A DNA stretch of 64,000 nucleotides. It comes from Paramecium tetraurelia (lineage: Eukaryota). Both the position numbers and the translations under genes were made by a program. Position 1 is the first letter of the stretch; every line of letters starts with the position of its first letter. Positions 11,724 through 26,195 of the stretch are shown here, piece after piece. Location of the stretch: contig CT868671.1 of NCBI GenBank assembly GCA_000165425.1, forward strand, positions 67,027-131,026, given 5' to 3'. Below the pieces are notes generated by a model that had not been told where the DNA came from, made no database searches, and worked only from the letters and a program-made list of their open reading frames with translations.

Positions 11724-14382
11724 ATGTAAAAATTGTCTTAAATTAATAAGCAGGAGAAAATTCATGCAGGGTGGCTAATCAATTCACAACACGAATACCA
11801 GAGTCTACTAAACGCTTCCTTTCGAAAGCAGCTATAAGAGGATTCACAAATCTAATAAGAATCACTTATAGAAAATCTGACAACGGATCTCTGTTTGAAT
11901 GCAGAAGAGTGTAAATAAGAATTGAAAATGTACAAAACAAGCAAGGTTATGGGAAGCAGTTTGGAACGATAAGTCAGATTTGACAAGCATGTTCTCTTTC
12001 AAATGAAGGACCATAAGCCTGTCAAACAATTTCCAATTTATAAATCAATAGATGTGGAAAACAAAGCGAATCACTCAAATAATTGGCAGGAGAAGAAAGG
12101 AGACACTGCTAGACTATCAATTGAATTTGAAAAAGATCATTCGAGAGTCTTCATCTATATGAAAGATGAGAATCAAGCACTTAAATGGCAAAGACATTTG
12201 ATAATCTAAAAGCTTCTATAGCTAAAATCAAAGTAATTGGCTAAGTGCTTTGGATATTGCTATCAAGAATACGAAGATAAATTCACATTCATATGGGCAT
12301 TAAAGTTCGCTTAATAATTAGAGTAATATGCAATAGAAACCTACAGGCAAAAAAAACGGAATGCTCAAGTGGATGCTAACTACCTTATCCAATAAGAAAG
12401 GAAACTGATCGGTTTTCATATCAAAACATGGTTGAAGAAGAGCCAGAAACAATTAAAGGATGAATAGGATTATTTGGATTAACAAAAATAACTGACTTTG
12501 CAATAACAAAAACAGCAATCACAATAAGATTTAGAGTAAATAGAATAGGAAAGATTAAGAAGAGAGAAGGCGAGAATTCAAATGTTGGGAAATTTGATTT
12601 AAAATCATGTTCAACCTAAGAATTCAGTGATACAAAAATTCCTTGTTGGTTGGCAACAAAGATCTAATTTCATCTATCATACAAATCCGAAGAAATTTTC
12701 AATTAGAATTATTAGAATGTACATTCAAAACAACATATAACTGATAAGACCGTTATTGGAATTGAGATTCGTATCTGAAGTATATTTCTAAATTCATTTT
12801 AGAGATCAGAAGAAACTAAGGATATAGAATGTATTAAAATATTAGACGGATTGCAATATAATATTTAATAGAGTCCGTACTTCACTTGTCGTTTACTTGC
12901 ACAAATGAATCAATAAAGAAGAAGGGACTACACTACTTGGGGATTTAAAGATGGTTTACTTGGATTGCAAGGGAGGACCTTCATGTCAGTTGAGAATTTG
13001 GGGTTTTAGGATTATATAGATTTTTAAGTTATTGATACAATCAGTAATTAAATTACATATTAAAGGAACCAATATATCATCAAAGGTTTTGAGGATTCAA
13101 TTCTAAGATCTCATTAAATATTTATATGAAGGTCGTTCATTTTGGATAGCTCTTGAATATGAGCAATCTAAGATATTTGTAGAAATGGATTTACTCCAAC
13201 ATTCCAACATTGACCCTATATTTCTTGATAGATTAAAATATATTTAACTGAATGCTGTTTTAAGAAAGGTTGGCATAAAGATGATCGAATAAAGAACTCC
13301 TGTACAATTCATTTAAATACGTTTAGCTGCCAATTATAGAAACAGTAAAATTTGGATTAGAAATCGATAGATATTCGGATGATATCTAAAATTTATATTA
13401 GAGATTGTATATCGAGAATATATGTCTATAACCTTAGTGTTAACCAGCAAGTTGGTTTACTTAATTAAATTGCTTTGAAAAAGTTGTTAGGCCTGTTACT
13501 GAAATACTCAAAAGAAATTACTTAGAATTTACTGATGCTTCCGATAATGTTTAGATCTACTTTCAAATAAAATCAATTCCCAATTTAAGATTGCCTTTAC
13601 TCAAAGATGTCGATGACTTTATTACTAAATTGCCTGTGGTCTAAGAAAATCAACACAAATAATGTTAAGGAGTTTTGACATCCTTCTTAATCTATTGCAA
13701 TGTTAGAACCATTTAATTGAATGTCTCCTTTTTGACCATACTATTTTAAATAGCAAATAAGTTCATATGTATTGCTCATCCACATTTCTTGTATGATTTA
13801 AGTAAACCTGTTTTTGGTAACAAATACGATTCAGAATCCTAGGCCTTTTGGCTTTTTACTGGATTTGTTGAATTGATGAGAAGTGTTCATTTCCCCTTAG
13901 TCAAGGAAGACACTCTCTTTTGCCCACAAGAAGTTGTAATGCAATACATGGAAGTTTTGCATAAAGAAATTGTAAAACATTGCAAAAATTATGACATTGC
14001 AGTTGAAAATGTTTTTTTCGAAATCCTTTCATCCTTTTACACCAGTTTAGTACAATCGATGCCATTGTGTAATATATGGAATTTAATAATTAAAAAAATA
14101 TCTGCCAATAAGTGTGCATACTAATTAGTTTTAATTGTTTTCATAGAGGAATTAAGCTATAAATTATTGTTCTGTTAAAATTCTGAAGATTTTAAAAATG
14201 CTATCTCACTATAAGGTAATATATTCAATTTAGTATTAGCTTAACTTATGGATATACAATAACTTGAGGCTGCATATTCAGGATGTGAGTCGAATTTGAA
14301 TAGAATCATAAATGCAGAACAATCATTTCATGAATCTGTCGAGCATTCTAATATTCATTAGCCTTTAGTTTAGGATTGTTGA
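11724..14382 (+). CDS. PH-domain protein with degenerate C-terminal Rab-GAP TBC-like domain
   Basis: PH-like C-terminal helix FIYMKDENQALKWQRHL; TBC-like LLKDVDDF...GVLTSFLIY...ESQAFWLFTGFVELM...MPLCNIWNLII; several tiny introns; TGA at 14380-14382. Confidence 0.68.
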
Positions 14383-14772
14383 TTATTTTATATATTTGAA
14401 ATGTAAACTATATTATATTATTTTATTTAATAAATTTCCCATTCCTATTTTAAAGCTAATTTCATATGGTTTATAAGAATGATTTTATCAGGAACTATCT
14501 ATTATGGATGACTGAGATACAAAAGTTTTTAAAACATAATTTCATATTTTACTTAATTCATTGTTAATTATTTTCTCTTCTAAAATTATCCTTTATTTAG
14601 CCTAGGATATTATTTAATTTTGTATAGATTCTAATTAAATTAAATTTATTTGGCTAAACCTATAAGGTATATTCTAAAATATGACTATAAAATTTCTGTA
14701 GGAAAATTCATCTTGAAATTCACAAATTAAATTTATAATGAAAATTGATTAGAAATACTTTAATAATAATAA

Positions 14773-17700
14773 TCAAATCAGTTATTCTAAACTAATACGA
14801 GCCTCAAGGACACTCTTCAATAACTCAGGTTTGTATTTATGCAGATAGGGGAAGTTATCATTAAGAGGTTCTTTCTTAAATGCAATATGTTGTATATGCT
14901 TTGACTATTTTTACTTCTTAGCATTTCTAATTGCTGCTTTCTTTTTTTAATTATAAGTAGTAAGGTCAGATTCAAATCTTGGATTTGTTCTGTACATTCT
15001 TTTTTAATTAGGCGTTTAGCTTCTTGTCACATCTAACGAGACTTAGATAATATTGGTTTATAGTGGAGAGGGTCTGGATTCATAGCGATATTAAGTAGCA
15101 TATTAATTTGTATTCAAATCCTAATCATTTAATTCTTCTTCTATTTTTATTAAACTAAATATTATTAAAAAAATTAGTACTTCTAAGTTTCATCCATATC
15201 TTCAAGATCAGATGGTTTCAATTTTGTTATTCTATCACAATCTTTGGCAAATTTCAACCCTTTAATTTCCCTTTTTAATCTCAACTCAACAACTGGTTGT
15301 TAATTTTAAAATCGAATCTCATGAGATTCCTAATTTACTTAATTCAATTCCTAAGCCCTAGATTTATCTAAATAAATTCAAGATATACATAATTGAATGT
15401 AATAATCTAACTCTTGATCTAAACTTAAGCTCCCTATTTCACTAAGGATTATGTTAATATGTTCTTTAATTTCTTTTAAATTGACTTTTTTATCCAACAT
15501 TTCTTTGAGTTCTTCTTTCAAAAATTTTAAATATCTCTTATGATCTTCGATTCTTTCTAATTAAGAAGTTGATAATGATTACACCTTTGCTTTCTTCTTC
15601 CTCTTCATTTACTTACCAGTAACATTGTTAACCTATTCAACTTCAACTTCATCATCTTCTGATTCTTCTTCGGATTCTTCTTCGGATTCATCCTCCATTG
15701 GATCATCTAGAACTTCTTATTTAACATATTTATTTTTGGTTCTTTTATATTCTTATTGATTTTCTTATGACTTGTTTGTTGTTTCTGCCTTTTAATGGTC
15801 CTTTTAAATCTATTATTTATCAGAAAAGTGAATTGAAGATTTAAGAAAATTTTTAGATTTTTCATTAATTCCATTAGTGTTTCTCGTTTTTTATGAGGGT
15901 AAATCAATAGAGTTTTAAGAATAATTGTTAGTGTTCGTTTCATCATGCTTAGGTTCTTAATGTATAACTATTTCTGGTATTTAAGAATGGATTTAATTTG
16001 ATACCTTTTCGCCTTGAAACTCTTTGGAGGGTTTCAAGTGTGATTAATTTTCATTATTCCTAGGGTCATTTTTCATTGAGGATTATCTAATTAAGACGGG
16101 AGAGATCTTCCTTGAAATTTCATTTATAGTTTACAATTGCTCAGGTTTATCATGTTTTGGCTGGTCTTGATGCTCCTATTTCTATTTTTTAGGAAGAACA
16201 GGATTATAATTACTGGTGTTTCTTAATGTTCTTGCAGTTGTATTATTTGAAGTGGATTCAGGTATTGAATTATAAATCTCATTCTCTTAATTCTATTGAT
16301 CATAAGGTCTTACATCTCTTTAAGTAATAGAAGGGAGGAGATCCAAATCATCACTCAAATCTTAGGATTCATTAACTTAATTGAAGTTAGGGTTTGGCTT
16401 TGTTTCATCAAAATCATCTTCCCCTATGTTTTTATCACTATAAAGTAGTTTCTCTTATAGTTCAGTTTTATACTTCTTGTTCTTTTTTATATACTCCTTC
16501 ATGACACGAAGGTCATTGGTTTTGTGAACATTTTTTCTATTTTGATGAAGACTGATGCTATTGTAACTGGTAATAATTTATGATTATTTATTTTAATGAC
16601 TACTTAGATTTTAATTAATTTCACTTGTAGTGTGAAAATTATGTAATTAAGGAGCTGGTAAATTAGTTGAGGAAATATTCTCAATTGGTCTAATAAATTC
16701 TTCATAAGATCTTAGTGATTGTTAGGATTTTTGAGATTACAGATTTCTATTCTACTTTACACTATGCTCATTACGCTCATCCAATCTTGTGATATATTGT
16801 TTTCTTTCATTGCTACTATAATGAAATTTGCGATATTATTGCTATTAACTCTTTAACGGATTCTGAGTTTTAAGATTATTTTCTGAAATTAAAATGGATT
16901 TTTTTTATGGGGGAGTATTGAAACTAATTTTCTATTTGTTTGGTTATTTTTGATTTGAGAATTAGGTTCTATCTGTGGATAATTGTTAAGGAAAATGAAA
17001 AGATTTGGTTTATTTTTAGATATTATTTGATATTAAATCCTCTTGTGGTTTCTATCTTTGTGTATGGAACCTTTCAATTTAAACATTGTGCAGATTCTTG
17101 GATGATTCCGTATTGAAATATTCAATCTTTTTATCCTAAACTTAATGTATTTCTTATTCTTATTAGTTTTGGGCTATCTTGATATTCTAATCTAAAGGAT
17201 CCTTCTTAATCTAATCCGCTGTTTAAACAACTTCATACTCAAATTTTGATAACTTAGATTAGGTGTCTAGAATGATCTTCTGAGCAGTGGCTGATATTTG
17301 GTCTCCAATTATGATTAGTTCATTGAATTAGTGTTCTGTTTTATGTAATTCATAATTTTTTCTGGCTCTCTTTAAATTGACATCGAAACCAACATAACTG
17401 GCTAGATCTAGGATTTCATCAGAAAGCAAAGTATTTTCCTAATTCCATCTTCTAAATTTCTTAGGATTTTCCACTTAATTCTTTTAATATTCTGATTCCC
17501 ATTGATTTGTGAGGTGTTCATTTTGTTGAGAAATAAGGTCTATTTGATTAAATAGTCGCTTTATTTCTAAAACCTTCATGAATGTCTCTGCGTCACAAAT
17601 TCCCTTTTTTTAATCTTCCACAATCTACTAGAAAGTGAGATAATCGTAGTACCCAAGACTTGGGAGTCCTCGCTCGGATAGTAGTTGCATTATTCTTTTA

Positions 17701-18302
17701 ATGAAGAGGTCTTGCAATTGAAATAAGGAGTAATCCTTGTATTTCTCAGAGGCATTCAAATCCAGAACCTAATATGTGACTGATGACTTATATTCATGCA
17801 ATTAATTCTACGGCAAGGGTATTGGAGGCGACTTTGTTGAGGACAGGATTTTATTGTAAAAGTTGAGATCATCAAATGACTTTTGTATCAACAATTACAA
17901 ATTTGACTATTCTACTTAATTCTTTGAGGGCATTTGCAAAATGTTGATTGGGATGGTTCTCTTGAATTTTTTGGTTTAGTCTACCCACCATTAATTAACA
18001 GTGAAAAGTCTGATCAAATGTTTGAGGAAATCAAGATTGAGTGAATTGGAGAATCCTTCACTATGTTATTGCACATAATTAATGTAATTGCGAATGGGAA
18101 ATGGGGTATGATTATTACTTTCAACATGTTTAATATCTCTCTTCTCCCATTTGGGCACTAAATAGACATTTTTGTTCCACATGGATCTTGATTCAACCAA
18201 AGGAGGTTTATTTTGAGTTAGGTACAATCCTTGTTCAGGTGATTAAGAGAATCCTCTTTTGGTTTCCTAGAATTGTTGTTTTAGGTTATTATAAATTTAC
18301 AT
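14773..18302 (-). CDS. Large Gln/Glu-rich coiled-coil hypothetical protein (~1167 aa)
   Basis: Open ciliate-code frame from ATG 18302 with one 26-nt intron near 15155-15180; acidic EESEEESEEES tract; ends EARISLEQLI TGA. Confidence 0.72.
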
Positions 18303-18329
18303 TTTATTAAAAAAAGTTTGTTAAATAAA

Positions 18330-19421
18330 TCATTCTAACCCAGTATCCCACCCATCGCTTACATTCACCAGAGTCTTCCTTTTCGTTACATTCGGGGAAA
18401 ACAACAAAGATAAAATGTAAATAGGAATGAAATCCGTAATACAAGAATATATTAATTAAAAAATCGCCCTATTTATTCGTATATTAATATATCATACCAA
18501 GTAAAACCTGTATCAGGTAATTTTGTTATAATTGTGCCATCTTCTGCTTCGCATTCAAGTCCTGGTTTCAACCTCCAAAAGAATTCCTGAGAGAATAAAA
18601 AGTTAAATGATGGTCGAAAAAGAGTGCAAATTATTACTGCTACCGATAAAAACTTAAGATTCTGGAATATTGATTAAATTCATACAGCTCTGTAATGATC
18701 ACCAACACTATATTGATCTTTGAGTTTTGAGTATAGAATAATACAAATGAAAGCAAAAGAAACAGTACTCAACATTGTTAAAGCACCCAAACAATATTCT
18801 CTTATGTTATTAACATAGGATTCCAAAATCAATGAAGTGATAGTAAGTATAGGAATGATGACTATTAATGTGGAAAGAAATAGTTATAGAATTTTGGTTA
18901 GACTTAAAAGAGAGTTATTCTGTTCTATTCTCAATTTCATTCTCCATAGTTTAAGCCATAAATTACTACAAAAACAAAATGTAAGGTTCAATGTTTAAGC
19001 TTAACAAATTTGGATAATGATGTAAAATGATGGTGATAATGTTAATGATTCTATTTTAGTCTCGCAATCCCATTTCCAAAACTAACTAAAAAAAAAACCT
19101 GCTATTGAGTAGTAACACGAAAAGAGCTTAACTTTTGTATAATTCTAATTCTTACATAATATTGTCATAGATAATAAGCAATTTACAGTTAACATTTTAG
19201 AGGGATTGTTTTTTGGATCCTCACTTTTCCACAAAAATAAATTTTGTATTCTCTAAAAGATTTTGATCAATAAATAATTTGCTCCTGCACTCAATAGCAA
19301 AATAGCTTAAAAAGCAGAGGGATATGATTATACCTCCAAATTCATTCCAATTCGAAATATCAATGTCTTTGAATTCCTCTTATCGAATGACATCACTCCT
19401 CTCATCACTTTTCAATTCCAT
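18330..19421 (-). CDS. Multi-pass (about 7 TM) membrane protein, possibly TOM1/THH1/GPR137-like
   Basis: Several hydrophobic segments after removal of ~4 tiny introns; last helix WAIFQLIYSCITDFIPIYILSLLF; family assignment is by recollected similarity only. Confidence 0.62.
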
Positions 19422-19462
19422 ATATAACAATAATTTATAAATAAAAGTATTAATATATGTTA

Positions 19463-20483
19463 TCAAATCGATATTTTTCTACCCACACTCTATGGACTCT
19501 CAAATTTATCATAATAATTAGCACCAAAACTCTTAACGAACTCATCCTCTTCAAAATTCTTTTGTTATGGTTTTTTTACAGTTGGTTACAATTCATATAA
19601 TGTCTTCAATTAATAAATTGTATAATTACATTTTTACTTAAAGAATTACCTGCACTCCCACTTCCACTATTGCCACTATTGTTATTAAGGGAATCTTCGT
19701 CACTTGCTTCACTGTTATCATCTGTGTCCATAAACACCTTATCAAATGCCCATTTGAATAATTCTTAATCTTTATCATCTTGTATACAAAATCTAACCTA
19801 ACTCAGAAATTTTATTTTAGTGACATTTTCTTCCAAAAAATTCTTCACAGCAATCATCTGCATTGTTGCAATTGTGGATATTGTAAACTTGGTTGATTTC
19901 ATCACAGGAAAACATATTGACGTAATTTCCATTTCTTCTGCTACTTTAAGACACGTCATCATGCAATCATAAATAAATTATTTCTAATATTTTTAATGAG
20001 CATTTTTTGGTAATTTCAAGTTTAGATTTTTAGGATTGTGATTTCTAGCCAATTTCATTGGTTCGTCATCTTCATTTGGTAATACGCAATAAAATACGAA
20101 ATCAAATTCCAACTAATAATAATACTCAAGTTTGATACTTCTGCAGCATGAGAATGCACGACATCCCCATGAGACACTGCTTATTTATCTCGAATCTATT
20201 GAATGTATTTTAACAACTATTATTTTGTTTAGGGCGATACGTTGTTTATCAAGTAATATGGGAGCTATATTAAATTGCCAGGAGTACCTTTAGATTTAAA
20301 TCGGTCTAAGCAACAATTACATCCACTTCTTCGTTTTTTATGTCTCCTGCATCCAAGTAAATTCCGATATCTTGGAATCTATGTTATGCTAACAGCTTAG
20401 GCTATAGATTTTATTCGTTATTAATCTTTTTAAATTTCAATGTTTGATACATTTCTTGCATGATATTCGCACATGTTACCCAT
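19463..20483 (-). CDS. Macrodomain (ADP-ribose-binding fold) protein with N-terminal myristoylation/palmitoylation-like signal
   Basis: MGNMC; IYLDAGDIKNEEVDVIV; GDVVHSHAAELEFDFVFYCVLP; CLKVAEEMEITSICFPVM; QVRFCIQD; three tiny introns. Confidence 0.78.
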
Positions 20484-20537
20484 TAAATTTATATTAATTA
20501 TCAAATTTAAGAGCAAAATCTAAAACAAATTAAAATA

Positions 20538-21073
20538 TCACAAAGAATTAAGATTGCCTGATCTACTCCAGTCCCTAAAATCTATCCATTATATTTTGTT
20601 TATCCCGTAGTATTTTAACCTAGCTATTGAATGTCGGTTTATCAATCTGATCTTTATAAACATGAATTTTACTTTTTGGTCATCAGAATTACATTGTAAC
20701 AAGAAACTGGTTTCTTGGTTGTTTTTTCGTATCGATACTTGTATAATTCCAAAAAAGAAATTAAATGGTTGCTTTGAGCATTTCCGACTGGCAATTCTTC
20801 TAAATCTCCCCAAATGGAAAACTCTTCAAGATCAGGGTCATTTTCAAGAGCGAGAGACTGGCATTGTTTTAACTTATGCCTTTGTCGATTGCTATTTATA
20901 AGAGGGGATAATTGTCTGTCTGTTTTATTTTCAAGAAGGTTTCCTTAAAAAATTTAAGTTTATGAAGGTTAGGTCGAGTCCTACTCTGATTTTAGTATTT
21001 TGGAACTGTTCCCTTATAAGTAATCAAGTTTAAGTTAATCGAATCTGATGTCGCTTTTCATCCTTTGATGCAT
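20538..21073 (-). CDS. Small hypothetical protein; 3' end uncertain (stop at 20642 if no intron is spliced)
   Basis: Open frame MHQRMKSDIRFDQLKLDYLQG...ENDPDLEEFSIWGDLEELP...; extending it to 20538 requires a 26-nt intron. Confidence 0.5.
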
Positions 21074-21894
21074 AATAATTTAATTATCACTATATAAGAA
21101 AAAATATATTAATGCTCAAATAATCATGCCTATTCAAGTAATTGCATATGAATGAATAGGGAAATTTCATCGATATCATATATCAAATGAATTAATAAAT
21201 TACATTTCCATATAAATTACCAAAATGCATCCTGATTTTTATGTAACTTTTTAATTTATTTATTCCTCCATTCCAGAGGAATAATTCAATTATTGCATAT
21301 ATTCAATAACAACAAAATTATAAAAATATACAAGTGGAAATTTTGTTGAAATAACTTTTAAGTTAGTTCATACATTATTCACATAAATATTGTGAAACAT
21401 TTAATCCAAAAAGAGATATAGGAAGAATAGAACTATTATTTTCAATGAAAAAGTGATGAATAGGAAAACTTAAAAATCGGTAATTAACAAAAATAGACTT
21501 ATAATATATTATTAAATATAATTATAATATTTTTTATTAAGAATAAGTAAATATCTGAATCGATCTTCTTAAATTTAGAAATATATTCAATCGTCTATCT
21601 CTTTAGTAAGATTACTCAATCCTATTGTTCGAGGGACATTCAAACAATCTAAAAGTATTGTTATTTTATTTAGATGGCTCGTTTAGAGTGCATTTTAAAA
21701 ACAAGGATAGAAATTTATGTAAATTAAATAAGTTTGTGGTTTAAGTTAATTTAATGATCTGAGAAAAGTGATTTCCAAAAATTTATCGAAACTGACGATT
21801 ACCCATTTTATTATTTAATATGAATTTAGTTTAAATTTCATAATGATTATGATTTTCAAGTTTTTTTCATTATTAATTTATATTTCAATCAATA

Positions 21895-24800
21895 ATGGAA
21901 GACACTAACCAGAAGAATAATTTGCTATAAATTAGAAATAAATTCCTATAAAATTACTTAGACTTTGTTTATCATTCAATGAGAATGAATAATTATTTGA
22001 TCTAAACCATAAAGATCATAGCGTCGCTCAGGAACTTTTCTTATATATTTTAAAATTAGATGTACTCATACGCATATTTTTTTTGCATTATCGCAAGACC
22101 CTAAATTGCATTATCACTGGATAATATTCAATATGTAATTTTAGCTCTATGCTTTGTATACCTAATATCGTCATAAATGAAAAGCCCATTTTCAAGAGCA
22201 ATTAATATTTTTGGTTAGCTAATAAATTTGGGTTTACTTAATTTCTTTTTTGAAATATCAAGAGGTTCTTTGGATTATTTGGTTCAATTGCTGTTGATTT
22301 TCATAAATATATTTGAATAGATATTCGCCCAAGGTACATTGAACTTCGATTCAAGTAGCATCTTTAATCCCACCAAATCACTATTGAGCTACATAGCCGT
22401 CATAGGAAACATTACTTTGATGTACTTGTCCAGATATCAATTCGATTTATTTGTTATTTAATTGGTGGCAATACTTAATGCTTTTATAACTTTAATGCAA
22501 TTGTTGTTGCAATTTCCCAAGGGCAATTCTATTTTAACTACACTTACGTTGAACATCTAAATCATGACTATTTATTTGGGCTTAGTTCAACTGATGATAG
22601 GATTACATAACTACGTAAGCGATCTTATCATATTTTTGTTTATGCAGAAGATAATATATATGAATTTAGAGAGATTAGGGAAGTAAGTGCCAAAAACCTT
22701 GGAAGATTTAATAGCTAATTTTTACGATCTCAAAATATTAAAGTAAATAAAGGTAAAATCCCCAACTCAAAAAGAAGATATAGTGTTATATGCCTCATTA
22801 TTGGCTCATCAAGAAAAGTATTATGAAGGTCTGATGGTTTTGCATTCTATCAAAAAATTGAGTTGGTTGTCCTAAATAAAAAAAGAACTCATGATCAAGG
22901 AATGGCTATCTCAATTGGACACAAAACTAAAAAATTAGAATAAGGCTTAGAAGGGTTTATCTGAAGCTGTAGAACACTTGATGGAATTAGAAGATTACAA
23001 TGTAACACTCCAGACTTAGATGGTGAACTTACTGAAAAATAAGTGTAGGTTATAATAAATAATATCTTAATAAGAAAAGATATCTCTTCAAAGTTTATTA
23101 AAATTCATCGAGTAAATCACAATAGTTCAAAAGGAATTGGAAAGGCAGTACTCTGTATTTCCAAATTAAAAGACTCAGAATGTGTTATGCTTTCTCTACT
23201 CTGAGATTTTGAATGAATTTACAAAGGCAAATTTACTTCAGTAATAACTTACAAAAATTGATGATAAGTAAAATTTTTCTGTATTCACTAATAAAATGGT
23301 TTATTTGATTTCCACTTACAATTCAGAAATTCTAATCAAACGAGCTTCGAATAATGCTCCCATTCTATTCAAAATGAATCATAATAAGTTATTATAATAG
23401 AATATCAATTTAATTATTCCCCCAGGGATTAAAGAATAACATTAAAGATTAGTCAAAAAGTTCTTAATTAATGGAGAATCAAAATATATGAGGAGACTGG
23501 ACGTTAATTACTATTATAATAATGCAAAAGGGACCTTACATTAAATCGATTTTGCAATTGATGTCAGTTTTACAAGTGAGGAGATAAATTTTATTACTTT
23601 TCTGTAACCAATTTATGAGCAACCACTAGTAATGGTGTTAAATGCTGATAAAGTTGTTACTGCAACAACTGAAAGCATCTTGACAGCCTTGAATCTTAAT
23701 ACGATGACCTATTTTAAGAATCACGTAATTACTAAGTTTATGCCTACTTTTAAAAAACATGAGCTATCAGGGTTTTATGAGAATATAGACTTTATAGTTA
23801 ATGTTGATAAAGAAGAGGTAACTTCTAACTCAATAAATACTTATCTAACTTCTTTAGATGTAGTTCCCAAAGTGCTAAATGGGGAGATCTTATTTTATAC
23901 AATCAAATTTGAATTCTTTAAGAAATAGGAAAATTCTGTAAAATTCACCTATACAGAAACAAATAATAGTATGGTCTAAGGAGCTTTCTCAGTTTCTGAG
24001 AATGTTTTCATTGATGATCCTAATGGTTCAATTAATGAATAATAGAATTTTATTACTTCGAATTAAAATGCGTATTAAAAAATATAAAACAATGAACTAA
24101 TGATAATAGATTCAACTCTTCATTAGACGCAATTTAAAGATGCAATATAATCTTCAAGGCCTCTCTTTTATTAAACCTAAAATAAAATCAACTATTCTGT
24201 CTCTGTCTCAGATGAGGATTAGAATAAAGAAGAGCCATAATAGGATTTTAGTGTTGCAGAAAGCAAACAGATAGAATCTTCTAAAGTGTCATCCTTAAAA
24301 GGGTTGAGACAATCTGGTTATTTTAAGAAATATGAAATCATGTCTAAACTTGAGGAGATCAAAGGATTAACCAAGAACCATAAGGTATTTCTATCCTTTT
24401 TGTCAGTTTGCTTGTTAATTCAATTATCCTTTGTCATAGCTGTAATTTTATTTACTATCATAGTAATTTAGTTCAACGAATACCAGTTTGACCAACTTAA
24501 TTTTTGACATCGACTTGCTGTAAATCAAGAACTTTGCATTTCAACCCTTTGAATCCTTTTTAGTAACCAGATGGACCATTTTCAATTATAACAATTTAAA
24601 AGCAGCTGGAGCAATAACAGAAGAGGCATTCAAATAACTAATTGCATTTCCAAGATCGAATTTGCCTTTGGGTTTCGATCGTTTGGAAGAAAATGTGAAT
24701 TCAGTCTTAAACAAATTGCAACTTTAACAATTCTTGGAAAGTACATATTTGGATATACAACTATATACTTCATCAAATTAAGGGGAACACTATAATGTTT

Positions 24801-26195
24801 CCTTAAGAAATTGTATCACAATAATGTTGAATTACTAGTACATAACAAAGATGGCTTATTAATTGGATGGGAATGTTGTGGTTGATTCTCCTCATATTTA
24901 CTATTAGTATCGAAATTATTATATTCTCAAAACGGAATTTGGACGCATCAATCAGGATATCTTGGAAGATACAATCAACAGATCCATAATTATTTTATCC
25001 AAATTATAAATAATCTACATTTTGTCATTAACCTTTCTATTGATATTCCTTATGTGCAGTTATTTCTTTTATTCAAGAATAGAATTAAGTCATACCAATT
25101 TTATTAATCTCTTATTTTGTTGCAGATCTGAATATTTCAATAAAGATATATAGAGATTGATATCTGTGTAATCAATCATTAATAGTGATTACAATAATTT
25201 ATTCTCTTATTAATTCGATATGCATCGCAAAGAATAGTATTTTGATGAAATTAAAACCAAGCTAGATAAAAAGGATCATAAGAAATTTATTTTAGAGAAC
25301 AATTCTTTTTTAAGTGTCACAAACTATTCAAATCGAATCTTTTTTTGCATTATTTTCATTGTCGTCTTGACTTAGGCTAGTGTTTCTTATGGTCAGGTTA
25401 AAAATTATTTGGACAAATATCCTGCAACTGCCAAATTTTATAAGGGAGTTTCAGATATTGGAACAGATGTCCCTTGTGTCTTTGCTTAGAGTAATATCCT
25501 TTATGGAAGAGCCTTTTTTTCTTATTACAATGAGACTGATATCCAATTGATTTTCAAAGAAATAAATCAAGCTTTGGCAGAATTACAAGACTTTACTATA
25601 AATAAGATTGACTTTGAATAGTAATAATATATCGATATGAAATTAGATACTTTTTATCAAATAATTTTGCAGATTATTATAACTATCTTATGGATCATAA
25701 TCTGTGCGATTAATTATTGGATGATATGCGATAAAAGGCAGCCAACATTTGTCCCATAGTGATGAGCCAAGGAATGCAAAGGGGGTTGCTTGGTATCTTA
25801 GTATACATTGTAAACTACATACAAACTGAAAAGGACATAAATTAATTTACAGAGCGATTGCAACTGAGTTACCTGGAATTGGAAGGGGCTTTCTTGGTTT
25901 CAGAAATAGTTCGTAAACTAAACATAGAAATTCAATTGGATTTGTATGCACAAACCCAGAAATTGGTAGATCAAATAACTGTATTTATATCATTAATAAT
26001 TAGATGCATAGTATAATTGTGATTGTTGTCATATTCTTATTTGTGATGTTCACGTCTTTAATCATTAGAAAAAGATTACTTTATAGGTAATTCATAATGC
26101 AAAGGATTCTCTATCTAGTGCCATTGTAGATTCTGCTATTTGATGATGGTTTTGAAAGAAATGCTAAAACTATAATTCTAAGAGAAACCTTTTGA
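21895..26195 (+). CDS. Large polytopic membrane protein with PAS-like domain (tandem paralog 1)
   Basis: N-terminal TMs, PAS-like NINLIIPPGIKEQHQRLVKKFLINGESKYMRR, C-terminal TM pairs; introns near 24442-24463, 25621-25646 and 25981-26003. Confidence 0.82.

Noticed and set aside
21129..21160. Inverted repeat CCTATTCA...TGAATAGG
   Set aside because: An 8-bp arm is expected by chance in 64 kb of AT-rich sequence; no target-site duplication or element body.
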